Positions 1 to 8,208 of a stretch of 64,000 bases of DNA are shown piece by piece. The position numbers and the translations under genes were made by a program. This DNA comes from Dehalococcoidia bacterium (GTDB lineage: Bacteria > Chloroflexota > Dehalococcoidia > Lucifugimonadales > JADFKI01): contig DAOUKP010000023.1 in the NCBI GenBank assembly GCA_034421195.1, positions 5,710-69,709 of the forward strand, read 5' to 3'. Within the stretch, counting starts at the first letter, position 1. Each line of letters begins with the position of its first letter. The notes under the pieces are model-generated. The model made no database searches, had not been told where the DNA came from, and saw only the letters and a list, made by a program, of their open reading frames with translations.

Positions 1-813
1 GCTCGTTACGCCGCAGATGCCGTAGCGCCCGCCCATCGCCATAGACCTGATTGCCGCCGGGTAGAAGTCCTCGCCCACATGGTCTAGCACGACATTCACG
101 CCCTGCCCTCCGGTAATCTCCTTTACGCGCTCCGCGATGTCCTCTGTCGTGTAGTTGATTACCTCGTCCGCGCCGAGTTCGCGCGCTTTCTGCGCCTTGT
201 CCTCAGTGCTGGTGGTCGTAATGACCTTCGCGCCAATGACATTCTTGGCGACTTGAATGCCAGCCGTGCCTACGCCGCTGGACGCGGACGGTATCAGCAT
301 CGTCTCCCACGCCTTGAGCTGCGCCTTCCGCACAAGTATCGTCCAGCAGGGCAGAAACACGGTCGGCAGAGACGCCGCCTGCACATACGACAGCGAATCC
401 GGTATGGGTTCCACGTTGACGGCGGGCACACTCACGAACTCCGCGTAACCGCCGCTGATAGTGGAGCCGAGCATGCCCGCGCGGACGCAAAGCTCCTCTT
501 CGCCCGACAGGCAGTAACGGCACTGGTTACAGGTGATGCGCGGGTTGACGACCACACGCTCGCCTGCGCCGACACGGCCGACTTCGCTGCCTACTTCGAC
601 CACATCGCCGGCAACATCGCCACCGAGCACATGCGGTCCCTTGAAGCGTATGCGGGTTCCGCGCGCGCCCTGCCGCGTATAGACATCGAGCCGGTTCAGC
701 GCGCACGCGCGCACGCGCACCTTGACATCGTTCGGTCCGACTTCAGGCTCAGGCAGATCGCCGCAGGTCAACACATCCGTGCCGCCGTGCTCGGTAATGT
801 AAACAGCTTTCAA
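1..813 (-). CDS. zinc-binding alcohol dehydrogenase / NADPH:quinone oxidoreductase family protein (MDR superfamily); C-terminus lies beyond the left window edge
   Basis: Absent from the ORF track because it runs off the edge. My reverse-complement translation from TTG 811-813 reads (M)KAVYITEHGGTDVLTCGDLPEPEVGPNDVKVRVRACALNRLDVYTRQG...GPHVLGGDVAGDVVEVGSEV, a typical MDR/quinone-reductase N-terminus. GGAGGG lies a few nt upstream. Confidence 0.75.
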   Translation of the reverse strand, partial: MKAVYITEHGGTDVLTCGDLPEPEVGPNDVKVRVRACALNRLDVYTRQGARGTRIRFKGPHVLGGDVAGDVVEVGSEVGRVGAGERVVVNPRITCNQCRYCLSGEEELCVRAGMLGSTISGGYAEFVSVPAVNVEPIPDSLSYVQAASLPTVFLPCWTILVRKAQLKAWETMLIPSASSGVGTAGIQVAKNVIGAKVITTTSTEDKAQKARELGADEVINYTTEDIAERVKEITGGQGVNVVLDHVGEDFYPAAIRSMAMGGRYGICGVTS

Positions 814-911
814 TTCGTCCCTCCAAGTATCAGATTTACGGGCATCTAATTGTATATGGCGCGCCCGAAATGTGTATGCGACAAATCCCCGTAGAGCATC
901 GTCCGCGTTCT

Positions 912-920
912 TGGTATTAT
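912..920 (+). promoter_or_regulatory. candidate extended -10 promoter element (TGgTATTAT) for the 965..2725 gene
   Basis: TG at 912-913, TATTAT at 915-920, about 45 nt upstream of ATG 965. No good -35. Confidence 0.35.
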
Positions 921-964
921 ACGACTATGTGAACGGGAAGATTACGGAGTCAAGGAGAACACAG

Positions 965-2725
965 ATGACCAGCCGCTACGAAGAACTACTGCTCCCCGAA
1001 CAGCGTGACAGAATTGTCGAGAAAGTAGTCAACGCGCTTAAGTCGAAAGGACAGTTATCGGCGAAGACAATCAACGATTTCACAGATGTGTTCAAAGCGG
1101 GCAAACCCATCCCCGGCTTCAATAACGATCCACTGAAGGCGTTCGCTCCCTTACTGAAGCAGCACATGCTGGAACGCCTCGGACTAGAACCTGACCTTGA
1201 GCATCTGATAGTTGGAGTGTGGGCAGACACCGAATCGCAGCTGCGAGCCGAGATCAGCGAACATCTCGACAGCCTGAACGGGCATGTCTATGACTCCGAT
1301 GATATAGATGAAGACTTCTGGGACGCGCAGGTAAGACTTCTGACGGAGAAGCATGACGGCTATGACGAGGACGACATCCTGCTGATGACGAAGGTCTGCT
1401 ACGAACACGCCAAGATGCAGGCAGACTCCCGGAAAGGAAGCAATGAGGCAGGCGCTGACAGCCAACGCGCACGGATCGGGCCGGACGTCGTTGAACGGTC
1501 CCTAAACGACCTTCTCGCGTCCTTGCGGGAATTGCCAGCCACTCTTCCGATATGGCGAGAGTCCGTCCCGCAATTCGTGAAGTCGCTGAATGAAATCATC
1601 GACCGAAAGAACGACGATCTCTCACAGCTTAAAGGGCTGGTGGATGACCTCGACCATATTCAGAGTATGTTCCAGACTGAACTGGCATTCTTCAGGCATG
1701 GCGGGGAAGACTGGGATACATTCACACTCGCCACACTTCTCGCCACCGCCTACGGCATCGACGAATCCACTCGCAGGGTCGCCGAACTGAAACATGCCAT
1801 TTCCTCGTATCGCCAAATCAAGGAGCGCGCGGACACCCTTGCCGAAGAGCGTGAACGCCGCGAACAACGCCACGAACTGGAGGTGATTATCGAGGGTATG
1901 CTTGGGGAGTTTGACGGACTCTCGCACGCCGCAGCCGCGGAGTCAGACTTCCCATCAGAACACTCTGAGCATTCTGAGCAGGAGGCGCATTCCGAGACAG
2001 CATCGGAACTCCGGAAGGAACTCAATGTCCTCAGGGGAGAGTATGATGCGCTGCTGGACAGCAATAGCGCAATCAAGCGCGACACCGATTCGTTGAGTGA
2101 GGCAAACCGCGTCCTGCAAGGCGAAGTTACGGGGCTGAACTCAGACAAGCAGGCGCTCGCGGATGAGGTGGCAGAGTTAAAGGACCAGCTCAGAATAACG
2201 GAACTACAGGAATTGAACTGGCGCAACGCATACGAAGCGGAGATGAGCAGCAAGGACACGGCTGCGCCCGAACCCATTCCGTCTGAAATCGGAAGCATAC
2301 GACAGGCTCTGGATCTGGCGAGGGAGCGTTATCGAGACAGGCTCGCGATTCGCCTCAACAAGAAGTCGGACCCTGATTACGGCTACACCAGGCCGAAAGA
2401 AGTCTGGGATGCCCTGGAATGGCTGGCTACCGTATATCATCCCACACAGACAGGCGATGCACGGGTCATCGACCTGAACGAGTCCATACGAAATACGTGC
2501 AGCGGATGGGAGTACAAGGCAAACCAGACAGACATCACTTTCAACATATACCGCGAGTGGTACACCACGACCAAGGACGGCACCACATACGAATTGCGAA
2601 AGCACATCGGCAAGGGCACGGGGCGCGACAGCAACATCATACGCGTTGCCTTCGACTGGGATGAGGGCTCGCAGCGAGTGATAATAGGGTATATCGGACC
2701 GCACCAGCGCAACCGGGTGTCGTGA
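965..2725 (+). CDS. hypothetical large coiled-coil protein with globular C-terminal domain (RelE/ParE-like strand pattern at the extreme C-terminus)
   Basis: ORF track 872..2725. I prefer the in-frame ATG 965, preceded by AAGGAG (953-958, 6-nt spacer). Long heptad-rich Glu/Arg/Leu stretch, SEHSEHSEQEAHSE spacer, C-terminus ...YELRKHIGKGTGRDSNIIRVAFDWDEGSQRVIIGYIGPHQRN. No enzymatic motif recognised. Confidence 0.6.
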   Translation: MTSRYEELLLPEQRDRIVEKVVNALKSKGQLSAKTINDFTDVFKAGKPIPGFNNDPLKAFAPLLKQHMLERLGLEPDLEHLIVGVWADTESQLRAEISEHLDSLNGHVYDSDDIDEDFWDAQVRLLTEKHDGYDEDDILLMTKVCYEHAKMQADSRKGSNEAGADSQRARIGPDVVERSLNDLLASLRELPATLPIWRESVPQFVKSLNEIIDRKNDDLSQLKGLVDDLDHIQSMFQTELAFFRHGGEDWDTFTLATLLATAYGIDESTRRVAELKHAISSYRQIKERADTLAEERERREQRHELEVIIEGMLGEFDGLSHAAAAESDFPSEHSEHSEQEAHSETASELRKELNVLRGEYDALLDSNSAIKRDTDSLSEANRVLQGEVTGLNSDKQALADEVAELKDQLRITELQELNWRNAYEAEMSSKDTAAPEPIPSEIGSIRQALDLARERYRDRLAIRLNKKSDPDYGYTRPKEVWDALEWLATVYHPTQTGDARVIDLNESIRNTCSGWEYKANQTDITFNIYREWYTTTKDGTTYELRKHIGKGTGRDSNIIRVAFDWDEGSQRVIIGYIGPHQRNRVS

Positions 2726-2829
2726 GCCTTTGTGTGCAACAATGGGCATACTTCGAGGCATTTCCGTCAATGGCTCTCCCTCTAAGGGGGCTGAAAGGGT
2801 TAGGTATTGAATTAACAGTGCTTGCATTT

Positions 2830-2925
2830 GCGATTTCACTCCCATCCTAACCTTCCCCCATCAAGGGGGAAGGGACTTTTGCCCTCACCTAACCCTCACC
2901 CTCTGGGAGAGGGGACTTCGCAATC
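2830..2925 (+). repeat. G/C-hairpin intergenic repeat (core GCGATTTCACtCCCATCCTAACCTTCCCCC-ATCAA-GGGGGAAGGGAC) plus a second CCCTCT/AGAGGG hairpin module
   Basis: Direct reading. The same core recurs at least 11 more times in the window. Confidence 0.85.
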
Positions 2926-3012
2926 GCTCTATCAACGTCTGTTCGCTGTTGACATGGCTGCTTGTCAGTCATTAGTCTTGTGCAACAGCAACCCCGAACA
3001 AGGAGGCATCAT

Positions 3013-3966
3013 ATGGAGTTCGGATTTGGAGTGCCCAGCCGCGGCCCACTGGCGTCGCTGGAGAACATCGTTACGCTGGCGCAGCAAGGCGAGCAGATGG
3101 GCTTCGATATACTAAGCGTCAGCGACCATATCGTTGTTCCGATCAGCATAGATTCCATCTACCCATACAACGAGACGGGCGAGTTCGTATCGTCGGCGTC
3201 GGGCGAGTACATGGAGCAGCTCGCTACTATCAGCTACCTCGCAGGCATCACCTCCAGCATCAAGCTGCTGACGTCAGTCATGGTGCTGCCGCATCGCGCG
3301 CCGGTGCTGACGGCGAAGATTCTGGCGACCATCGACGTCGTATCCAACGGCAGGCTCATAGTCGGGTGCGGCGTGGGCTGGATGCGCGAGGAGTTCGAGG
3401 CTATCGACGCGCCGCCCTACGAGGAGCGCGGCGCGGTCAGCAACGAGTACATCGCCGCCTTCAAGGAACTGTGGACGAGCGATAATCCGTCCTTCGACGG
3501 GAAGTATTGCAGTTTCTCAGACATCAGCTTCGCGCCGAAGCCGGTGCAGCAGCCTCATCCGCCCATCTGGATTGGCGGAGAAAGCCCGCCCGCGCTGAGA
3601 CGGGCAGCGCAACTCGGAGATGCATGGTATCCGATATGCAGCAATCCTCGCTTCCCGGTAGGCACCTTCGAGCAGTATGCCGAGTACCAGGGTCGAGTGC
3701 GCGCCAACGCGGAGCGGGCAGGCAGGGACCCTGAGACGCTGGACTTCGCATACAGCGTCAACTGGTACAGCGACACGGGCGCGCAGGATGTGGACGGCGA
3801 GCGTCGGCTGTTCACGGGCGACCACGCGCAGGTGGCAGACGACATCAAGCGGCTTGAAGGGATCGGCGTCAACCATTTGATGCTCGGATTCCCTGCCGAC
3901 AGCATGGACGATACACTGGCAGGCATGGACAGATTCGTGAGCAATGTGAAGCCACTGTTGGATTAG
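3013..3966 (+). CDS. LLM-class (luciferase-like) F420/flavin-dependent oxidoreductase
   Basis: ORF track 2962..3966. Start moved to ATG 3013 after AAGGAGG. MEFGFGVPSRGPLA...GFDILSVSDHIV...LLTSVMVLPHRAPVLTAKILATIDVVSNGRLIVGCGVGW matches luciferase-like monooxygenase family patterns. Confidence 0.8.
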   Translation: MEFGFGVPSRGPLASLENIVTLAQQGEQMGFDILSVSDHIVVPISIDSIYPYNETGEFVSSASGEYMEQLATISYLAGITSSIKLLTSVMVLPHRAPVLTAKILATIDVVSNGRLIVGCGVGWMREEFEAIDAPPYEERGAVSNEYIAAFKELWTSDNPSFDGKYCSFSDISFAPKPVQQPHPPIWIGGESPPALRRAAQLGDAWYPICSNPRFPVGTFEQYAEYQGRVRANAERAGRDPETLDFAYSVNWYSDTGAQDVDGERRLFTGDHAQVADDIKRLEGIGVNHLMLGFPADSMDDTLAGMDRFVSNVKPLLD

Positions 3967-3989
3967 TTGGTACGTAAGGCGCAAAGATT

Positions 3990-4175
3990 ATGGCATTCAC
4001 ATTTACCATAGAGACCGAACGAGAAGACGATGGTCGTTGGATCGCCGAAGTCATGGAGATACCAGGCACAATGGTCTATGGCTCGACAGCTGACGAAGCA
4101 ATCGCAAAGGTACAGGCACTTGCGCTGCGAGTGTTGGCCGAGCGTGTTGAACACGGCGAAGCACCGGGCAAATGA
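3990..4175 (+). CDS. hicB: HicB-family antitoxin (UPF0150-like), no intact HicA partner
   Basis: 61 aa. MAFTFTIETEREDDGRWIAEVMEIPGTMVYGSTADEAIAKVQALA is the typical HicB N-domain pattern. Confidence 0.65.
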   Translation: MAFTFTIETEREDDGRWIAEVMEIPGTMVYGSTADEAIAKVQALALRVLAERVEHGEAPGK

Positions 4176-4224
4176 ATTTCCGGCGCTCAAAGCGTCTCAG
4201 GACTGGATGAAGGGAGAAACGAAA

Positions 4225-4776
4225 ATGTTACAGAGAATGATTGGCGCGGCTATGCTTAGAGCCTCCACTTATGAAGAGATCGAGGCGGACCGAAGCGCAT
4301 TGCCCCAGGCAATTGGGGTTGTGATTCTGGTTACCCTGTGCGGCATAATCGGCGATATTATAGCGGGCGCAACAAGCGGAGGAGTAGATCCGGTCGGCGT
4401 ACTGGGGGCAGTCCTGAACGGAGGCCTGTTCGGGCTACTCAGATGGGCTTTGTGGGTCACCCTGATCCTTTTGGTCGGCGCGAAGATGCTAAAAACAGAC
4501 GGCACCGACACGAACTGGGCGGAACTCGGCAGGGTCGTGGGATTTGCATATACGCCGGGCGTGCTGGTCCTTCTCTCGTTCCTACCAGGCATTGGCGGCA
4601 TTATGGGATTCATCGCGTTCGTCTGGACATTGGTCGCAGTGATAATAGCCATCAGGCACGCGCTGGATTACGAAGGCACCGGGCGTGCAGTAGTGGTGGC
4701 ACTTATCACTGGCATCATCGGATTGATCCCTTGGCTGATTCTCCTTGGCATACAGGGCGCAACTGCTTCCTCATAA
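4225..4776 (+). CDS. Yip1-family integral membrane protein
   Basis: ORF track 4030..4776. Start moved to ATG 4225 (GGGAGA upstream). MLQRMIGAAMLRASTYEEIEADRSALPQAIGVVILV... followed by about 5 hydrophobic segments. Confidence 0.6.
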   Translation: MLQRMIGAAMLRASTYEEIEADRSALPQAIGVVILVTLCGIIGDIIAGATSGGVDPVGVLGAVLNGGLFGLLRWALWVTLILLVGAKMLKTDGTDTNWAELGRVVGFAYTPGVLVLLSFLPGIGGIMGFIAFVWTLVAVIIAIRHALDYEGTGRAVVVALITGIIGLIPWLILLGIQGATASS

Positions 4777-4812
4777 CACCCACTTAAAGCTGATATATCG
4801 AAGGACGGATAA

Positions 4813-5538
4813 ATGCAACCTGACAGACTGCTTGCCCTGCCTGAAGACTGGAACAAGATGCTCGCCATAGCCGCACACCCCGACGACCTGGAATACGGTG
4901 CGGCGAGCGCGATAGCGCGCTGGACTTCGCAGGGCAAGCAAGTGACATACCTGATGGTAACGAGCGGCGAGGCGGGCATAGACGCGATGACGCCGGATGA
5001 GGCAGGTCCCCTGCGCGAACAGGAAGAGCTTGACAGCGCCGCCGTTGTGGGCGCGGATACCGTGGAGTTCCTGAACTACACGGATGGCGTGGTAGAGTAC
5101 GGGCTGCCTTTGCGCCGCGACCTCTCGCGTGCGATTCGCAAGCACCAGCCGGATATCGTGCTGACGAACAACTTCGATCTCCGGTGGGGCGGTGGCCGCT
5201 TCAATCAGGCAGACCATCGCGCGGTAGGACTGGCGACACTGGACGCTGCAAGGGATGCAGACAATCGCTGGATATTCCCGGAACTGCTTGATGAAGGTTA
5301 CGAACCGTGGAAGGGCGTGCGCTCCGTGCTGACGACAGGCGCTGTGGGAGCAACGCATGCCGTGGATGTAACAGACTTCATAGACAAGGGCATCGAGTCG
5401 CTGGAAAAGCACCGCGTCTATATCGACAATCTAGGGACCGACTTCGATCCCGATACATTCCTCAGTTTCAATGCCGCTGCGATCGGCGAGCAGTTCGGCT
5501 GTGACTACGCGGTCGGATTCGAGGTGTTCCAGATATAG
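4813..5538 (+). CDS. PIG-L/LmbE-family deacetylase
   Basis: LAIAAHPDDLEYGAASAI...VTSGEAG...ADHRAVG motifs (AHPDD, HxDH) typical of LmbE/MshB-like N-acetylglucosaminyl deacetylases. Confidence 0.8.
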   Translation: MQPDRLLALPEDWNKMLAIAAHPDDLEYGAASAIARWTSQGKQVTYLMVTSGEAGIDAMTPDEAGPLREQEELDSAAVVGADTVEFLNYTDGVVEYGLPLRRDLSRAIRKHQPDIVLTNNFDLRWGGGRFNQADHRAVGLATLDAARDADNRWIFPELLDEGYEPWKGVRSVLTTGAVGATHAVDVTDFIDKGIESLEKHRVYIDNLGTDFDPDTFLSFNAAAIGEQFGCDYAVGFEVFQI

Positions 5539-5675
5539 TGTGGTATCAACGCACTCACAATCCAAACGCTACCAACCCATGTACCGATTGACGGTATTCC
5601 AGCGCAATGCTATCGTCAACATAGACTACATGCGGCGGCATATCACCCGGCTGCCGCCCTCGCTAAGGAACGGAA

Positions 5676-6962
5676 TTGGCACAAAGCACAATGAGGGCGC
5701 CGGGGTCGGCGGCAGTCGCGCCCGCCGCCCTGCCGCTTGCAGCAAGACTCAAGCAGTCCCCTATCGTCGAGATACTACTGCTCGCCGACTTTCGCTGGAT
5801 CTGGATCGGCTCGTTCGCGTCGTTCACCGCGATGAACATGCAGATGATAACGCGCGGCTGGCTGGTGCTCCGGCTGGAGAACGACTCGCCGTCCGCGCTG
5901 ACTTGGGCGATGGTGTCCTTTGCCGCGCCTATGGCGATAGTCTCGCTTCTCGGCGGCGCTCTCTCGGACAGAGTGCCGAAGAAGTATCTCATATTCGGCA
6001 GCCAGCTAGGCAACGCCGCCCTCACCCTCGTCGTGGGCATGATGGACGCCACCGGCACCATCTGGCTCGGCGCGCTGATGGCTCTCGGCGTGCTGAACGG
6101 CTCGATGTTCGCCCTCAACATGCCGAGCCGCCAGGCAATCATCTCCGAGATTGTGCCGCGGGACCGCGTGATGAACGCTGTCGCGCTGAACAACGCATCG
6201 ATGAACCTGACGCGAGCGGCAGGTCCCGCGGTCGCGGGCATTCTCATCGCCTTTTTCAGCACCGCGCTGGTCTTCTATATCGTATCCGCCGTGTATGTCC
6301 TCTCCGGCTTCTCGGTTCTGCGCATCAAGAGCACAGGCGTCCGGAGAGACGGGCCGCCCAAGAGCGTAACCGGCGACATCAAGGAGGGCTTGCGCTACGC
6401 GCTCGGCGACGCCACCCTGCGCGGGTTGATAATCATGGCGTTCCTCCCCGCGCTGTTCGGATTCACCCTTTTCGCGCTCATGCCCGCCTGGGCGCGCGAG
6501 CAGCTCAACGTAACCTCCTTTGACCTCGGCTACCTGATGGCTGTAATGGGCATAGGCGCTCTTGTGGGCACCCTGGGATTGGCGTCCATGCGAAACCTCG
6601 GCAATCGCGGCATCATCCTGCTTGTCATCAGCGTGATATGGGGTATATCCGTCGTGGGCGTCGCATTTTCGGCAGAGTTCGTCTCCGCGATATTCTTCCT
6701 CGTCCTGAACGGCCTCCTCAGCTCGCTATACATGTCGCTGAACATGACTCTGTCTCAGATATACGCCGACCCCGAAAAGCGCGGTCGCGTCATGAGCCTG
6801 TTCATGATGACCTTTGGTCTCATGCCCATCGGCGCGATACCATTCGGCGAGTTCGCCGAGGTCATCGGCACGGGGCAAGCGCTCAGCATAAGCGGCATGA
6901 TACTGACCGCCCTCACCATCGTATTCGCCCTCGCATACCCGCACTTCCGCCGTATTCAATAG
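5676..6962 (+). CDS. MFS transporter
   Basis: 428 aa, about 12 hydrophobic segments, GGALSDRVPKK loop motif between TM2 and TM3. TTG start as given by the ORF track. Confidence 0.8.
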   Translation: MAQSTMRAPGSAAVAPAALPLAARLKQSPIVEILLLADFRWIWIGSFASFTAMNMQMITRGWLVLRLENDSPSALTWAMVSFAAPMAIVSLLGGALSDRVPKKYLIFGSQLGNAALTLVVGMMDATGTIWLGALMALGVLNGSMFALNMPSRQAIISEIVPRDRVMNAVALNNASMNLTRAAGPAVAGILIAFFSTALVFYIVSAVYVLSGFSVLRIKSTGVRRDGPPKSVTGDIKEGLRYALGDATLRGLIIMAFLPALFGFTLFALMPAWAREQLNVTSFDLGYLMAVMGIGALVGTLGLASMRNLGNRGIILLVISVIWGISVVGVAFSAEFVSAIFFLVLNGLLSSLYMSLNMTLSQIYADPEKRGRVMSLFMMTFGLMPIGAIPFGEFAEVIGTGQALSISGMILTALTIVFALAYPHFRRIQ

Positions 6963-7057
6963 CGACCCATCACCGATACAAAGAATATCTGCTATGATTG
7001 ACGCGAGATGAATGATTGTAGAAGAGATGAGCATTACTGCTGTAACAGGAGACGAAC

Positions 7058-7324
7058 TTGGCAACGGTTAATGAGCCGCAAGACGATGACTTGAGAGTAC
7101 CATTGCGCGACTATATCAGACTGGGGTTTGACAATATCAATGGACGCCTTGACACTGCACAGAATGAGCGTGCGGTGTTGAAGTCAGATATTGACAGGGT
7201 AAGTGGGCGCGTTGACAAAGTGGACGGACGCATCGATAGGCTGATGTTCGCGATAATAGGCGCTGCTGTCGTGCTGTCGGCGGCAGTCATAGGTGCTGCC
7301 GCAGCAATCATAGCCAGCCAATAG
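7058..7324 (+). CDS. small tail-anchored coiled-coil membrane protein (XhlA-like organisation)
   Basis: 88 aa, TTG start. Repeated R-x-D-K/R-V-D units (GRLDTAQNERAVLKSDIDRVSGRVDKVDGRIDRL) followed by one C-terminal TM helix. A similar architecture occurs at 30536..30778. Confidence 0.45.
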   Translation: MATVNEPQDDDLRVPLRDYIRLGFDNINGRLDTAQNERAVLKSDIDRVSGRVDKVDGRIDRLMFAIIGAAVVLSAAVIGAAAAIIASQ

Positions 7325-7368
7325 AGATTATGTGAAATCTGCAAGGCAAGTTGTAACGCGCCGCTTCA

Positions 7369-8208
7369 GTGATTATCGACTTCCACACCCACGTCTTCCC
7401 GCCCCGTATGCGCGAGAATCGGGACAGATACATAGCGCGAGACAGGACTTTCGCCGCGCTCTACGCCAGCTCCAAGGCGCGCATGGCGTCCGCCGAAGAC
7501 CTGATTGCCGTGATGGACGAGGATGGCATAGATGCCGCCGTTGCGATGGGCATAGGCTGGTCAGACTACGATACGGCGCGCGAGGCGAACGACTACATCA
7601 TCGAGGCGATAAGGCGCTGGCAGGGGCGTATCGTAGGATTTGCGGGTATCAATCCGGCGTGGGGCGAGAGGGCGGTATGGGAGGCGGAACGCTGCGCCGA
7701 CGCAGGACTGCGCGGCATCGGGGAGCTGCATCCGGACACGCAGGGCTTCAATCTCGCTGACAGGGACGCCATGGCAGGGCTTATGGCGGTCGCTGAGGAA
7801 CGTTGCCTCATCGTGACCACGCACTCATCGGAACCTGTGGGACATCTCTACACAGGCAAGGGCAGCGTAACGCCGCAAGTCCTGATGCAGTTCATCGGCA
7901 ACTTCCCGGACGCAACTATCGTATGCGCTCACTGGGGTGGCGGGCTTCCTTTCTACGCGTTAATGCCGGAAGTCGCCTCCGCGCTGCGAAATGTATATTT
8001 CGATTCCGCCGCGTCGCCCTTCCTATACACACCGCAGGTCTATTCGACGGTGTCGTCGCTGGTAGGGGCGGACAAGGCGCTCTTCGGCAGCGACTACGCT
8101 CTGCTACGCCCGCGCCGCCTGCTGGACGAGATAACGGAGTCCGGTCTGACGGCGGAACAGCAGACCGCCGTGAAAGGCGGGAACGCGGCGCGGCTGCTGG
8201 CGCTCTAA
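7369..8208 (+). CDS. amidohydrolase-family (TIM-barrel metal-dependent hydrolase) protein
   Basis: GTG start. MIIDFHTHVFPP... (HxH metal motif), later HSSEP and CAHWGGG, ending FGSDYAL, as in Amidohydro_2 proteins. Confidence 0.75.
   Translation: MIIDFHTHVFPPRMRENRDRYIARDRTFAALYASSKARMASAEDLIAVMDEDGIDAAVAMGIGWSDYDTAREANDYIIEAIRRWQGRIVGFAGINPAWGERAVWEAERCADAGLRGIGELHPDTQGFNLADRDAMAGLMAVAEERCLIVTTHSSEPVGHLYTGKGSVTPQVLMQFIGNFPDATIVCAHWGGGLPFYALMPEVASALRNVYFDSAASPFLYTPQVYSTVSSLVGADKALFGSDYALLRPRRLLDEITESGLTAEQQTAVKGGNAARLLAL

Noticed and set aside
872-964. GTG 872 as the start of the coiled-coil protein (ORF-track start).
   Set aside because: No RBS precedes it. The extended -10 candidate at 912-920 would lie inside the CDS. 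ATG 965 has AAGGAG at ideal spacing.
2822-3115. ORFs translated through repeat elements (2822..3115, 15045..15248, 16046..16354, 34680..34952, 37823..38272), all containing ...PILTFP(H/P)QGG(R/K)G/D-like peptides.
   Set aside because: The shared peptide is just the translation of the intergenic G/C-hairpin repeat. These ORFs have no RBS and overlap real neighbours.
8205-8208. Overlapping convergent stop codons (CTAA: TAA on the plus strand, TAG on the minus strand) of the amidohydrolase and FIST genes.
   Set aside because: This is real but a trivial consequence of tight packing. I see no regulatory structure around it.
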